Shown: positions 41,174 through 51,246 of the stretch, piece by piece
Layout of the letters: the number at the start of each line of letters is the position of its first letter
Position numbering within the stretch: the stretch's first letter is position 1
NCBI GenBank assembly: GCA_033763455.1
Contig: JANRKO010000043.1
Coordinates: 64,001-128,000, forward strand
Reading direction: 5' to 3'
DNA length: 64,000 nt
Source: Polyangiaceae bacterium
GTDB lineage: Bacteria; Myxococcota_A; Polyangia; Polyangiales; Polyangiaceae
Translations under genes and position numbers: made by a program
The notes under the pieces: model-generated
The model's input: the letters and a program-made list of their open reading frames with translations, nothing else
Told to the model about the DNA's origin: nothing
Databases searched by the model: none

Positions 41174-42942
41174 CTGAAGCCTGCCGTTTTATCGAAGGGG
41201 GTGTCGGTTACCTGGGGATGGGAAGGGGCTGAGGGGGATTTTCTGCTGGAGAGAAACGAAAGTTGTGCATGGGTACCTTCAGCTGGCAACCAAACCAAAA
41301 CCTTAGCCCCGCCGAGTGAACTTGTGCCTGCGGCAATTCTCCCGCCGTGGTCAATCACGATCTTCTTCACGATAGCCAGCCCGAGCCCCACACCGTAGGA
41401 TTTGGTGGTGACGTAAGGATCGAACAAGCTCACTCGAAGTGCTTCGGGGATGCCGGGCCCGTTGTCTTCCACGGAAAGCAGCCAGAAATCAGCATCCCTT
41501 TGTAGGCGCACCTTCAACTTGCGAGGTGCGGCGCTTTGGCGAAGCGCATGCGTTGCATTCTCGATCAAGTTCAAGAAGGCTCGGCGAAACATTTGTCGAT
41601 CGAGCCACAGAGGAGCCGGATCGTTGGGGAGCTCGAAGCTCATATCGACGTCCGTGGGAGGCAAGGAGCCCGCAATTTCGCCCCCAGAAGCCCGCTCCAG
41701 GGTGAGCTTTTGCTCTTGTTCCTGCAAAAAGCCGCGTAGATCAGCGGGTTCGAGCTCGGCCTGAGGGAGGCGGGCAAAGTTTGAAAATTCGCTGACCAAA
41801 CGGCGTAAGGTACCCACCTCGTCTTCGACGATTTCCAGTGTCGTGTCGAGCAACTGCTTGTAGCCGGCATCGCCACCATCGTAGCGGCGGTGGATCTCCT
41901 GGGCGGCAAGCTGAATAGGGGTGAGTGGATTTTTGATTTCGTGGGCCAGGCGCCGTGCCATCTCTTGCCAGGCTTCCATGCGTTGGAGGTATTCAATTCG
42001 CGCGCGGCTGGTTTCGATTTCCGCCAGCATGCGATTGAAAGCTTTGGCAAGGTCCGTAATTTCATCCTGGCCTGTCTCGCGAACGCGAACGCTCAAATCT
42101 CCCCCCGCTGCTGCTGAAGTTGCCGCTGCGAGGGCCGAGACTCTGCCGGTAACCCCTCGCGCCAATAAGACACCCACGCCGACCGCCGCTACAATCGTGA
42201 GCCCCAATAGGGTTGCAAATGCATACACGTAACTCTGGTCATCCAACCCGCGGCGGCGCTCGATCTTGTGGTAGGTTTCCACGAAGCGCCCCATGTTCTG
42301 AAAGGCGTCGAATTGCGCCTTATCGGCTGAAAATACGGCGACAAGCCGCAGGCCTTCGTTGCGCGATTCAGTGACCGCGTCGTCGCCGCTCGGCTCTTCC
42401 TCGGTGAGTGCGTCGTCGTCTGGAGAGGCGGCCGTGGGCGAGCCGTTTCCGGGCGTTGCGACTGGCGGGTTATCGCCCGCAATTCCACTGGTCCGCGCGA
42501 GCGAGCGTACCACAGTGAGGGCGTTTTCGCGGAGCGGATCGAGCGGCGTGGGGCGTGCAACGTGCCCGAGAACGTGGGATTCCGCGTCTAGGATCGAGAG
42601 CTCAACCAGGCGCGGGAACGCGCCAAACTCAGCTTTGAGTACGTTGCGAACGAGGGGCGCGTCTTTCTTCTGTGCTGCTTCACGCAGCTCATGGTTAGCG
42701 GCAATAGCCGTCGCGGCGTTCTGCATGCTTTCCTTGATCGACCGCGCGAGTTCTTGGTACACGCTGAGCGATTGATCGAGGTGTTCTCCCACCTCTGGCA
42801 CGAAGAAGCGTGCCGAGGTTTGGCGGACAGTTGTTTCCACTAAACCAATTGCCACCAGTACTGGCAAAAGGGCCGCCAGCACGAGCGCTAGCGCGAGCCG
42901 ATAGCGGATGCGAGCGATGTGGCCGACGAACTTAAGTTTCAC
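41170..42942 (-). CDS. membrane sensor histidine kinase (HAMP-HisKA-HATPase, NtrY-like)
   Basis: Two TM segments, HAMP, AHEIKNPLTPI, NLIENA, DNGPG and GLGL. Confidence 0.92.
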   Translation of the reverse strand: MKLKFVGHIARIRYRLALALVLAALLPVLVAIGLVETTVRQTSARFFVPEVGEHLDQSLSVYQELARSIKESMQNAATAIAANHELREAAQKKDAPLVRNVLKAEFGAFPRLVELSILDAESHVLGHVARPTPLDPLRENALTVVRSLARTSGIAGDNPPVATPGNGSPTAASPDDDALTEEEPSGDDAVTESRNEGLRLVAVFSADKAQFDAFQNMGRFVETYHKIERRRGLDDQSYVYAFATLLGLTIVAAVGVGVLLARGVTGRVSALAAATSAAAGGDLSVRVRETGQDEITDLAKAFNRMLAEIETSRARIEYLQRMEAWQEMARRLAHEIKNPLTPIQLAAQEIHRRYDGGDAGYKQLLDTTLEIVEDEVGTLRRLVSEFSNFARLPQAELEPADLRGFLQEQEQKLTLERASGGEIAGSLPPTDVDMSFELPNDPAPLWLDRQMFRRAFLNLIENATHALRQSAAPRKLKVRLQRDADFWLLSVEDNGPGIPEALRVSLFDPYVTTKSYGVGLGLAIVKKIVIDHGGRIAAGTSSLGGAKVLVWLPAEGTHAQLSFLSSRKSPSAPSHPQVTDTPFDKTAGFS

Positions 42943-43993
42943 GAGACGTTTCGGCCGCCGTGCTGGTGCCGTCCGTAGGAGAATGGGGCGAGTGCGGATT
43001 GATAAGGGCCCTCAGAAAAGCGATAGGATCGAAGCCGAATAGGGAGCTTAACCCGAGTTGCGAGGACGCAAAATCGCTCACGCTGTGGAGCGTTGGGGTC
43101 AATTGGGAATGCATGCCAAACCAGTCTCGTTTTTCGAGTTGGCTCGCCAGAACACGCACGAATGAAATGGCCGCGCGGCCCACATCCAGGCCAAGGGGGA
43201 GCGCAATGGCTGGAGCCAGCGGTGAGACGATAATATCGCGTGCGGCGACCGCCGTTGCCCATGCGCCCGGAGCCGGGTGATGGATCAATGCTCTTAGAGT
43301 TCGTGCTTCGCCAAAGCAGCCCACGCCGAGTGGGCCCAGCTTGTTCTCGATGGCTCCTACAAGGTGCAGATAATCGCGGCGGAAGTCACCGGAAAGCAGC
43401 CCCATTTGTTGGCGCAGTTCGTCGGGCCCTACCACCCAGTCGAAGCCAGCTGTTCCACGACGCAAAGCGATGCACGTCTGAAGCTCGCCGTCGTCAAACA
43501 CGCCAACGGCTACCACTTTGCCGGGGCTTGCGAGGGCATTCATGCCCTTCTGCACTACGGACGCTGTGGGGACGGGCCATTCTGCAACGCGCTTGGGCCA
43601 CAGCTCAAGAGCGCCTTCAGCTTCCAACTCCTTGAGGACAGAAACCAAGAGCAGCACTTGATCCAGGAGGTAGTGTTCCCGCTTGAGTGCGTTCGCCCAG
43701 CGATCGGTGAGCTCCGAGAGCACGCCGCCGTGGAGAGCCAGCACCCACTTCGCGTGGTGGAGCGTGGCGAGGCCTTCGAGATCCCCGCGCCAAACGGAGC
43801 CTACCAGAGGAAGGCGCCCGCGCTCGGTGTGCAAGAGCTTGATGACTCGGCTCCCCTGAGTCACGGCGACGACGCCCCCGCTCACGCGCTTTTGGCCGTC
43901 CGAATTGCTGCCTGCGCTGGCCTGAAATAGCGCGCCCAACTGCAACCAGTCTTTGGCCGTGAAGCCCTCGAAGCGAACGTTGGGTGCAAACAT
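42932..43993 (-). CDS. hypothetical protein
   Basis: Long ORF overlapping the kinase start; start at ATG 43993. Confidence 0.65.
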   Translation of the reverse strand: MFAPNVRFEGFTAKDWLQLGALFQASAGSNSDGQKRVSGGVVAVTQGSRVIKLLHTERGRLPLVGSVWRGDLEGLATLHHAKWVLALHGGVLSELTDRWANALKREHYLLDQVLLLVSVLKELEAEGALELWPKRVAEWPVPTASVVQKGMNALASPGKVVAVGVFDDGELQTCIALRRGTAGFDWVVGPDELRQQMGLLSGDFRRDYLHLVGAIENKLGPLGVGCFGEARTLRALIHHPAPGAWATAVAARDIIVSPLAPAIALPLGLDVGRAAISFVRVLASQLEKRDWFGMHSQLTPTLHSVSDFASSQLGLSSLFGFDPIAFLRALINPHSPHSPTDGTSTAAETSRET

Positions 43994-44024
43994 CCTTGAG
44001 CTTCGGAGTATAGTGCCAGGCCAT

Positions 44025-45362
44025 ATGCCGCAAGCCATAGACGCCAAAGTCGCGGACCTGCTCGCCTTCATCAACGCCGCTCCTTCTCCCTACCACGTGG
44101 TTCGCCAGGTGGAGGCTCGCCTGCTACAGGCGGGTTTTTCGGAGTTCGACTTGCGTCAGCCTTGGAAAGTGACCCCTTCGGCGCGTGGTTTCACAGTGTG
44201 CGCGGGGGGAACGATCCTCGCGTTTCAAGCGGGCACCCGTCCTCCAGCCGAAGGTGGCTTTCTGATTGTGGGCGCACACACGGATTCGCCGAACCTTCGC
44301 ATCAAGCCGAAGGCGGATCTTGTGAGCTTGGGCATGGGGCAGTTCAACGTGGAAGTGTACGGCGGGGTGCTGTTGCACACCTGGTTCGATCGGGACCTAT
44401 CTGTGGCCGGGCGGGTGAGCTTGCGCGGCGGGCGGAATGTATTGGTTGATTTTGCACGGCCGCTTTGCCGTATTCCCAACCTTGCGATCCACCTGGATCG
44501 CGAAGTGAACACGCGCGGGTTCATTCCTAATGCTCAAACCCACTTACCTCCGCTCTGCTTTTTGGAGCCCCTCGGAAAGAACGAGCAGAAGCTTGGCCTT
44601 TCACAAATACTGATCAACGAATGTTCTTCGGAGCTACAAACCGAAGACCCGAGCCACATCTTAAGCTGGGATCTGTGTTTGTACGATACCCAGCCTGCAA
44701 CACTCGGTGGAGCCAATAACGACTTCATTTGGGCTTCGCGCTTGGATAATTTGGCCTCGTGCCATGCGGCACTTTCGGCATTTGTTGCCGATAGTTCGCC
44801 GAGTGAGGCTACCAAAGTGATGGTGTTGTACGATCATGAAGAAGTTGGCAGCCAAAGTGCTGCAGGGGCTCGGTCCTTCTTCCTCCCGGGTGTGCTCGAA
44901 CGTCTGGCGGAGGAGTACGAGGGGCAGAGGCCCGGTGGGGTGCGCCGAGCGCTGGCTCAATCTTTATTGATTTCGGCGGACATGGCGCACGCCGTTCACC
45001 CCAATTACGCCGAGCGCCATGATAAGCAGCACCAGCCACGTTTGGGTCAAGGCCCTGTGCTGAAGAGCAACGTGAATCAATCTTACGCCACCGATTCGGT
45101 GGGCGCGGCCACATTCATCGAAGCGTGCCAGAGCGTTGGCGCCAACGTACAGCATTTTACAAGCCGCAATGATATGCCCTGTGGCAGCACCGTGGGCCCC
45201 ATCTCTGCTGCACGCACGGGCATTCGATCGCTGGATGTGGGCAGCCCAATGTTAAGCATGCACTCCTGTCGCGAGCTTGCGGCGGCAGCGGATGTAGTTC
45301 CTATGATTTCGGCGCTCACGACGCTATTTCAGAACCCGCCGCGGGTGGATCCTGGGAGTTGA
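44025..45362 (+). CDS. M18-family aspartyl aminopeptidase
   Basis: AHTDSP, TWFDRDL, RLDN, DHEEVGS, SADMAHAVHPNY, PCGST.GP and SMHS.RE. Confidence 0.93.
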   Translation: MPQAIDAKVADLLAFINAAPSPYHVVRQVEARLLQAGFSEFDLRQPWKVTPSARGFTVCAGGTILAFQAGTRPPAEGGFLIVGAHTDSPNLRIKPKADLVSLGMGQFNVEVYGGVLLHTWFDRDLSVAGRVSLRGGRNVLVDFARPLCRIPNLAIHLDREVNTRGFIPNAQTHLPPLCFLEPLGKNEQKLGLSQILINECSSELQTEDPSHILSWDLCLYDTQPATLGGANNDFIWASRLDNLASCHAALSAFVADSSPSEATKVMVLYDHEEVGSQSAAGARSFFLPGVLERLAEEYEGQRPGGVRRALAQSLLISADMAHAVHPNYAERHDKQHQPRLGQGPVLKSNVNQSYATDSVGAATFIEACQSVGANVQHFTSRNDMPCGSTVGPISAARTGIRSLDVGSPMLSMHSCRELAAAADVVPMISALTTLFQNPPRVDPGS

Positions 45363-45410
45363 CTCGAGTTGGCAACCGTGCGCCTTCGCGCGGTCTAAGG
45401 GTCGGTTAGC

Positions 45411-46760
45411 CTAACGTTCGACCCAAGCGAAGGCCGCCAATAATGCGAACCCTAGGGCAGCAAGAATGACGCCCACCGCGGCCCACCAAGCTGGTTTTCT
45501 GAACGCTTGGGCGTGGTCCTCCGAGGGTACCTCCCCAAGGCTCTCCAAGCCTCGATCAAGTGCTGACGATCTGGATTGCCTGTAGACATGGATGAGCAGC
45601 ACCGTGGAAGCACTGAGCCCGAGCAGGGCCACCAACACCGCCACCAGGCGTGCATGTTGATTACGTTTTTTTTCCAGCGCCAGGGCGACGGCGAGCCCAT
45701 CGGCGAGTGGCAGATCGGGAATGTCGCGTGTGGTGCGATCGTTGGTTGTTGGCCAGAGCGGCCAGCCCACGGTGGCGTAGCTCCTGAGATCGAAGTCTTC
45801 AGAAGCTACGAGCCAATGCGGCGCAGCATGGAGGACGGGCAACTCTATCCTACCCACCGCAGTTCCATCGGGGAGAACCTTCAGTGGAACGCTCCCTCCG
45901 AACAAGCGCAGATTCTCATTTACCACACTAAAGTAGGCTCGCTCCCGGGGTACAGGCGAACGGAGCTCGATTTCCTGCGTCGTTCCGTGAGTCTTCGCGA
46001 GAGCCTGAATTGCGCCGGGTACGACGGGTAAACTGGCGTGGAAGTGTGCCGATAGGCCCGGTGCTTGAGTTGCTTCCACCGAGAGATCCGCTTGATGAAA
46101 CGTTGGACGCACAGCGACGCTCGTGCGTCCTTGAGAATTTGTGATGAACGTCTGCCCGCGGGGAAAGATGAGCCCTTCGCCTGTCACTACTAGTTTCACT
46201 CCGGAGATTGCTGAAGTGCCTTTCTGCACTAGCAGCTCAAGCTCGTCATCGAACGGCACCGCTAAGACCCCATGCGACGGTGTTACTGTGATGCGGAAGT
46301 CACCATTCTCTTGTGAGGTGGAACCCCCGCGCCGTCGCTGATAGCGGCTCCAGATTTCCGGAGTGAGGTGAATGGGAGCGTGCAGCAGCGTGCGCGGGCC
46401 ATCCACGCTTTCCCACGTGACCTTGAGGGTGAGCTTTTCTTCTGGTTCGAGTTGGCCCACGTTGAGTGCGACGTCCGCGAGGCCATCGGCGGCCGTCTTG
46501 CCGCTCCAGCCCACTACGCGACCCGCCTCAAGCTCTACCTCTACACGCAATTGCGCATCGGCGAGTACCCGCTCAACTCCAGTCAATCGCTCGAACGCGA
46601 GCACCCGCCAACTCAGCGTCTCCGTGTTCTGGGTGGGGCCCCCAAAAACTCGGGCCGCGCACACAGGAGCCTCCTGCCCGAGCAATAGGAGCGCCAATGC
46701 GACACAGCTCACGGTGACCGTAGGGAGTGCAATCAACAGGCTTTTTGGAGAAAGGGCCAC
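45411..46760 (-). CDS. hypothetical membrane protein with beta-rich extracytoplasmic region
   Basis: N-terminal TM and two C-terminal TM segments; start uncertain. Confidence 0.65.
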   Translation of the reverse strand: MALSPKSLLIALPTVTVSCVALALLLLGQEAPVCAARVFGGPTQNTETLSWRVLAFERLTGVERVLADAQLRVEVELEAGRVVGWSGKTAADGLADVALNVGQLEPEEKLTLKVTWESVDGPRTLLHAPIHLTPEIWSRYQRRRGGSTSQENGDFRITVTPSHGVLAVPFDDELELLVQKGTSAISGVKLVVTGEGLIFPRGQTFITNSQGRTSVAVRPTFHQADLSVEATQAPGLSAHFHASLPVVPGAIQALAKTHGTTQEIELRSPVPRERAYFSVVNENLRLFGGSVPLKVLPDGTAVGRIELPVLHAAPHWLVASEDFDLRSYATVGWPLWPTTNDRTTRDIPDLPLADGLAVALALEKKRNQHARLVAVLVALLGLSASTVLLIHVYRQSRSSALDRGLESLGEVPSEDHAQAFRKPAWWAAVGVILAALGFALLAAFAWVER

Positions 46761-46819
46761 GTGGGGGAAAGCATAACCCGTAGCTCGGACCCCCGAAGGC
46801 CTGCTAGCGTTCCGGCCCC

Positions 46820-47530
46820 ATGTCGGATGCCAAAAAGAAGTCCAAAAAGAAGGGCGCGAGCAAGAGTGGGCGGACCGAACTTAGGTTCGTCCCGGGCCAA
46901 ATGCACATGTCGATGTTGGCCTGGTTGGTGGGCATGCCGGGCGGCATCGCCTTGGGAACAGGCGTTTATGGCATGTGGGTGAGCAAGAGCCCTCCGGCCT
47001 ACGCCCCTTACCTCCTCGCGGTTGGCCTGATGTTGCTGGTAGGCGCTTTGGCCTTTGGAGACGCGGATGCGGCTCCGGTGCGTGTGGGTGATGCAGGGGT
47101 GGGCGTTGAAAAGGGCAGTGAATTTTTGCGCGTGGCGTGGTGCGACATCAAGCGTCTGTTCGCCGAAAAGGATGAGTTGGTCGTCCAAGGCATTGAGCAA
47201 ACGCTGCGTATCCCAATCCCGGTGCACCTTGAGGCGTGCTCGTGGATTTTGGTGGAAGCCACACGGCGAGTTCCGGATGCGGTCGACGTAAAGCGCGAAG
47301 TTTCTGACCGCTTGCCGAAGCCCGAGGAGGGGCAGGGCGAGAAGGTTGCTCTTCAACCTGTGCAGCTAGCGGGTCGCCGTTGCGCCAAGAGCGACAAAGC
47401 CATTGCATTCGAGCGGGACGCCCGGGTGTGCCCTAATTGCGGCCAGGTTTATCACCGAGAACATGTTCCGGCTGAATGCGTTACCTGCAAGGAGAAGCTC
47501 GGCGAGCGAGCGTTCGCCATTTCCGCCTAG
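46820..47530 (+). CDS. two-TM protein with C-terminal Zn finger
   Basis: Two TM segments; CPNCGQVYH...CVTC. Confidence 0.7.
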   Translation: MSDAKKKSKKKGASKSGRTELRFVPGQMHMSMLAWLVGMPGGIALGTGVYGMWVSKSPPAYAPYLLAVGLMLLVGALAFGDADAAPVRVGDAGVGVEKGSEFLRVAWCDIKRLFAEKDELVVQGIEQTLRIPIPVHLEACSWILVEATRRVPDAVDVKREVSDRLPKPEEGQGEKVALQPVQLAGRRCAKSDKAIAFERDARVCPNCGQVYHREHVPAECVTCKEKLGERAFAISA

Positions 47531-47608
47531 GCTAGGCGCCAGCCGCAGCGTGCGATAATTACCTGTTAGTTCACTTCTGTTAAAGGTCACTTAGAAAGGA
47601 AATCATCA

Positions 47609-48208
47609 ATGCCACAGTTTCCCGCTATTTCGGTCGAAGGGCAGGGCCAGCTGTACGCCCGCCTGCACACCACTCAAGGTGCGATCGTTATTCGCCTCGA
47701 AGAGCAGCGTGCTCCGCAAACCGTCGCCAATTTCGTTGGTCTCGCCACTGGCAACATCGACTGGAAGGATCCCCTCACGGGCAAAGGCATGAAGGGCACG
47801 CCTATGTACGACGGCGTCCGCTTTCACCGTGTGATCCCTGGCTTCATGGTGCAGGTGGGCGATCCACTCAGCCGCAGCACAGAGCCGAGCGCCAAGAGCC
47901 GTTGGGGCACCGGAGGCCCGGGCTACAATTTCGCAGACGAGATCCACCCGGAGTTGAAGCACGATCGCCCCGGCATCCTCTCGATGGCGAATGCTGGCCC
48001 TGGAACGAACGGCTCGCAGTTTTTCATCACGGAGGGTCCCACTCCGCACTTGAACGGTCGGCATGCGGTGTTTGGTTCGGTGGTCGCGGGGCTCGGTGTG
48101 GTGGGCAAGCTCGCCAACGTACCGCGTGGCCCACGTGACGATCCGAAGGAAGATCAGTTGATCGAGCGTGTAGAGCTGTTCCGCAGCGAAGCACAGCCCA
48201 CGGCCTGA
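47609..48208 (+). CDS. cyclophilin-type peptidyl-prolyl isomerase
   Basis: FHRVIPGFMVQ.GDP, SMANAGPGTNGSQFFIT and HAVFG. Confidence 0.95.
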   Translation: MPQFPAISVEGQGQLYARLHTTQGAIVIRLEEQRAPQTVANFVGLATGNIDWKDPLTGKGMKGTPMYDGVRFHRVIPGFMVQVGDPLSRSTEPSAKSRWGTGGPGYNFADEIHPELKHDRPGILSMANAGPGTNGSQFFITEGPTPHLNGRHAVFGSVVAGLGVVGKLANVPRGPRDDPKEDQLIERVELFRSEAQPTA

Positions 48209-48221
48209 AAAGGTTTATCAG

Positions 48222-48253
48222 GTTGGGGATGGCAAAAAGGGCCCATCCCCAAC
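48222..48253. terminator. hairpin between convergent genes
   Basis: GTTGGGGATGG...CCATCCCCAAC perfect 11-bp inverted repeat. Confidence 0.6.
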
Positions 48254-48261
48254 GAAAACGT

Positions 48262-49923
48262 TCAGTCACGAAGGGAGAGCACGTGAACTTGAACTTCGGG
48301 GCGGTAGCCGCTGATTTGTGTGAGCGAGTTGCGGGCTGCTTTTCGCACTACTTCTTCCAATTCTGACGGGGCTTTGTAAGACGGCTTCAGCTTCTGAGCG
48401 ATGTCGCGAGCTACTGAGCGCAGAGACGCGGCGTCGTTGTCAACGAGGGGAATGCCAAGACTGGTGACGTGTGGGGGGGACACAACTCTTCCGTTCGCAT
48501 CCAGGGCGATAGCCACAGAGGCCACGCCCGCGCGCCCCAACTCTTCGCGGCGCTCAAGCACTTCCGGCAGGAGCACATCCCCCCGGTGCGAGACAGCGAC
48601 CTTCCCAAACGAGACCTGGGGTTCGCGCCGAAAGCCATCTTTTTGAAGTAAAACTGGGCTGCCGTTTTCAACAACAACCACACTGGGTACGCCGAGATCC
48701 TGCGCCAATTCTGCATGGCGGTTCATGTGGCGCAAGGTGCCGTGGAGCGGCAGAAAGTGCTCAGGCTCGATGAGCTCAATCATGTGTGCCTGCTCAGAGC
48801 GGCTGGCGTGCCCACTTGTGTGCACGTCTGGATGGGTAATGGGCGTCTTTAGCGTGGCACCGAGCCGCGTGAGGTCATTCATTAGAACGCTGACAGCGCG
48901 TTCATTGCCCGGTATCACTCGACTTGAAAAGACGATTGTGTCGCCTTCTGCGACCTTGATGGTTGGATGCAGCCCCTTGGAAAGGCGTTGCAGTGCGGAA
49001 TGCCGTTCTGCCTGGGTGCCGCCGGCCAACACCAACAGCTTTTCGCGGGGCCAGTTGGCGGCATCTTCCGGAGATAAAACCAGATCGCTCGGCCAGGCTA
49101 ACACTCCGAGCTTACGGGCAAGCTCGGCCTGGGTGCTGAGGCTTCGCCCCATGAGAAACAGGCGCCGGCCTGTTTTCAGGGCGATGTCGCCCAACATCAG
49201 TAAGCGGTGAATGTTGCTCGCAAAAAGCGCCACGAACACGCGCCCTGGGGCCTTTTCGATGATTTGAGCGAGGGCTTCTCCGACCATCTTCTCGGAACCG
49301 CGCCGCTCTTCCACGTCCACGTTCGTGCTGTCGCTGAGGAGCAGGCTCACTCCGTCGCGACCAATTGCTCGCATGCGATCCGCATTCGAAGGTGGGCCCG
49401 CAGGTGGTGCTTCATCAAAGCTGAAATCACCCGTGTGAAAGATAGTGCCCTGCGAAGAATGGATGGCGAGCGCACACGCGTCCACAATGGAATGTGCTAC
49501 GTCCACCGGCTCAATCGAAAACGGACCGACGTCGTACAGCTTGCCCGTGTGGGCTTCGATGAGGTCAACATCCCCTTCAGAAAAATCAAACTCCTGGAGC
49601 CTCTTTCGAACCAGCCCGAGTGTGTGAGGCAAGCCCCAAACTGGCACATCGAGTTCATCTAAGAGGTACGGTAGCGCGCCAATATGATCTTCGTGGCCGT
49701 GGGTGAGAAAGACGCCCGAGATGCGATCAGCCCGTTCCAGCAGCCAACGAAAATCGGGCCGAAACAAATCGATCCCGTGATCGTCAGCCGGGAAGGTGCA
49801 GCCACAATCCACCACGAGGATGCCCCGCTCGTGCTCAACCGCGAGGCAATTCATGCCAATTTCGCCCAAGCCCCCAAGGGGCACAATCCGTATGGATCCC
49901 GAGTCAAGCAATGAACGAGGCAT
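48262..49923 (-). CDS. rnj: ribonuclease J
   Basis: PLGGLGEIGMN, THGHEDHIG, HTGDF, DSTN, IPGNE and HTSGHA. Confidence 0.95.
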   Translation of the reverse strand: MPRSLLDSGSIRIVPLGGLGEIGMNCLAVEHERGILVVDCGCTFPADDHGIDLFRPDFRWLLERADRISGVFLTHGHEDHIGALPYLLDELDVPVWGLPHTLGLVRKRLQEFDFSEGDVDLIEAHTGKLYDVGPFSIEPVDVAHSIVDACALAIHSSQGTIFHTGDFSFDEAPPAGPPSNADRMRAIGRDGVSLLLSDSTNVDVEERRGSEKMVGEALAQIIEKAPGRVFVALFASNIHRLLMLGDIALKTGRRLFLMGRSLSTQAELARKLGVLAWPSDLVLSPEDAANWPREKLLVLAGGTQAERHSALQRLSKGLHPTIKVAEGDTIVFSSRVIPGNERAVSVLMNDLTRLGATLKTPITHPDVHTSGHASRSEQAHMIELIEPEHFLPLHGTLRHMNRHAELAQDLGVPSVVVVENGSPVLLQKDGFRREPQVSFGKVAVSHRGDVLLPEVLERREELGRAGVASVAIALDANGRVVSPPHVTSLGIPLVDNDAASLRSVARDIAQKLKPSYKAPSELEEVVRKAARNSLTQISGYRPEVQVHVLSLRD

Positions 49924-50076
49924 CTACTGGGTCAACTCTTAGCGGCTCGACCGAACGAGGGGCGCAAAATAATGGGGCCAAGGTAAGGGAGACAAGCGGC
50001 GTAGCCTTAGCAGAGTTCGCCCCCCACGAGTATACTTGCCGTGCCTTTACCGTAATGCACCGCAAGGAGCCATTCA

Positions 50077-50478
50077 TTGAGCGTATCGCTTTCGCCCCAA
50101 GCTGCAGCTGAGCTCATGGCACAAGGCCATAAGTATCTTGACGTGCGTTCTCGGGCAGAATTCGTGCTCGGTCACGTGCCGGGGTCACTCCACGTCCCGC
50201 TGCTCTTGCCGGAGCACGAGGGCGGGGGGGTAGATCCATCGTTTGTCGACGCGGTTTTGCGCCTGGCTGAAAAAGATAGGGCGATGATTGTTGGATGTGA
50301 ATCGGGGCAGCGCTCGAAGGTTGCGCTCGCCTTGTTGGTCAGCGCAGGTTTTGAAAAGCTACACGAGTTGGGTCCAGGCTTCGGCGGCACGCGGGATGCG
50401 TTCGGTCGCCGTATTCCGGGGTGGGCCCAGTGTGGCTTGCCGGTGGAATTGGGTTCGGCGGATGCCTCCGTAGACTAA
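50077..50478 (+). CDS. rhodanese-like domain protein
   Basis: LDVRS..EF..GHVPGS and CESGQRS. Confidence 0.85.
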   Translation: MSVSLSPQAAAELMAQGHKYLDVRSRAEFVLGHVPGSLHVPLLLPEHEGGGVDPSFVDAVLRLAEKDRAMIVGCESGQRSKVALALLVSAGFEKLHELGPGFGGTRDAFGRRIPGWAQCGLPVELGSADASVD

Positions 50479-50500
50479 CTGCTGATGCCCCGAGAGGCGC

Positions 50501-51097
50501 TTAGGGCTTCTTTGTTGCCGAAACCCGTGCATAATCTTCTGCCGCACGTTCGAGCATGATGGAATCGCGGGCGGCGCGTTCAGCTTCGGCCACAAGCTTT
50601 GCGGTGAAGAGGGTGAGCCCCCAGATGCCGTTTTCAGGGCGCACACGAAACGGGTAGCGGGTACCCCTGGCTGTTTCAACACTTGCGCGGTCAGCAGTTT
50701 GCTCAACGCGCGCTACTCCGGAAAGATCTCGCCGGAGGCGGTTCAACCAACCTTCCTGCCTAGCGTAGATCGCAAAAACGTCAGCCCCGTCTGGAGCGTT
50801 CGCGATGGATGCGTATTCGGCAGCGAGCCGGCTGCGCTCAGGTTCGGGAAAAGTAGCGAGAATGCGCGCGAGCGAGCGTTTTCTGTAGTCACGAATGCTA
50901 TAGCACGCGTGCTGCGCTGGGGTTTCGAGGTACGCAAAGAAGTCCTCTGGCCGTCCGGTGTTGACGGCCTTCACGATGCGCAAATACGCGCCAGTTGGCG
51001 TCTTGTCGCTCGGGTAAGTGAGAACTTCGACGAGTGCAACTGCGCCCACGGAGAGCACCAAAATCCCCGCCACGAGCCAGCCGATCTTGCGATTCAC
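50501..51097 (-). CDS. hypothetical membrane-anchored protein
   Basis: N-terminal TM segment; 198 aa. Confidence 0.65.
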   Translation of the reverse strand: MNRKIGWLVAGILVLSVGAVALVEVLTYPSDKTPTGAYLRIVKAVNTGRPEDFFAYLETPAQHACYSIRDYRKRSLARILATFPEPERSRLAAEYASIANAPDGADVFAIYARQEGWLNRLRRDLSGVARVEQTADRASVETARGTRYPFRVRPENGIWGLTLFTAKLVAEAERAARDSIMLERAAEDYARVSATKKP

Positions 51098-51246
51098 CGC
51101 GCAAAGCTACCACTCGCAGTGCCGGGCCACAACGCGCTGATGCGCGCCTTTTGGCGTTCGAAAGCTTCGCTTTGGGTACGCCGCGTGGGCGAGGTCAGCC
51201 TTTGCTTGCGCTTCTGCCGCGCCGGGGAGTATCAGTGGCGCCAACG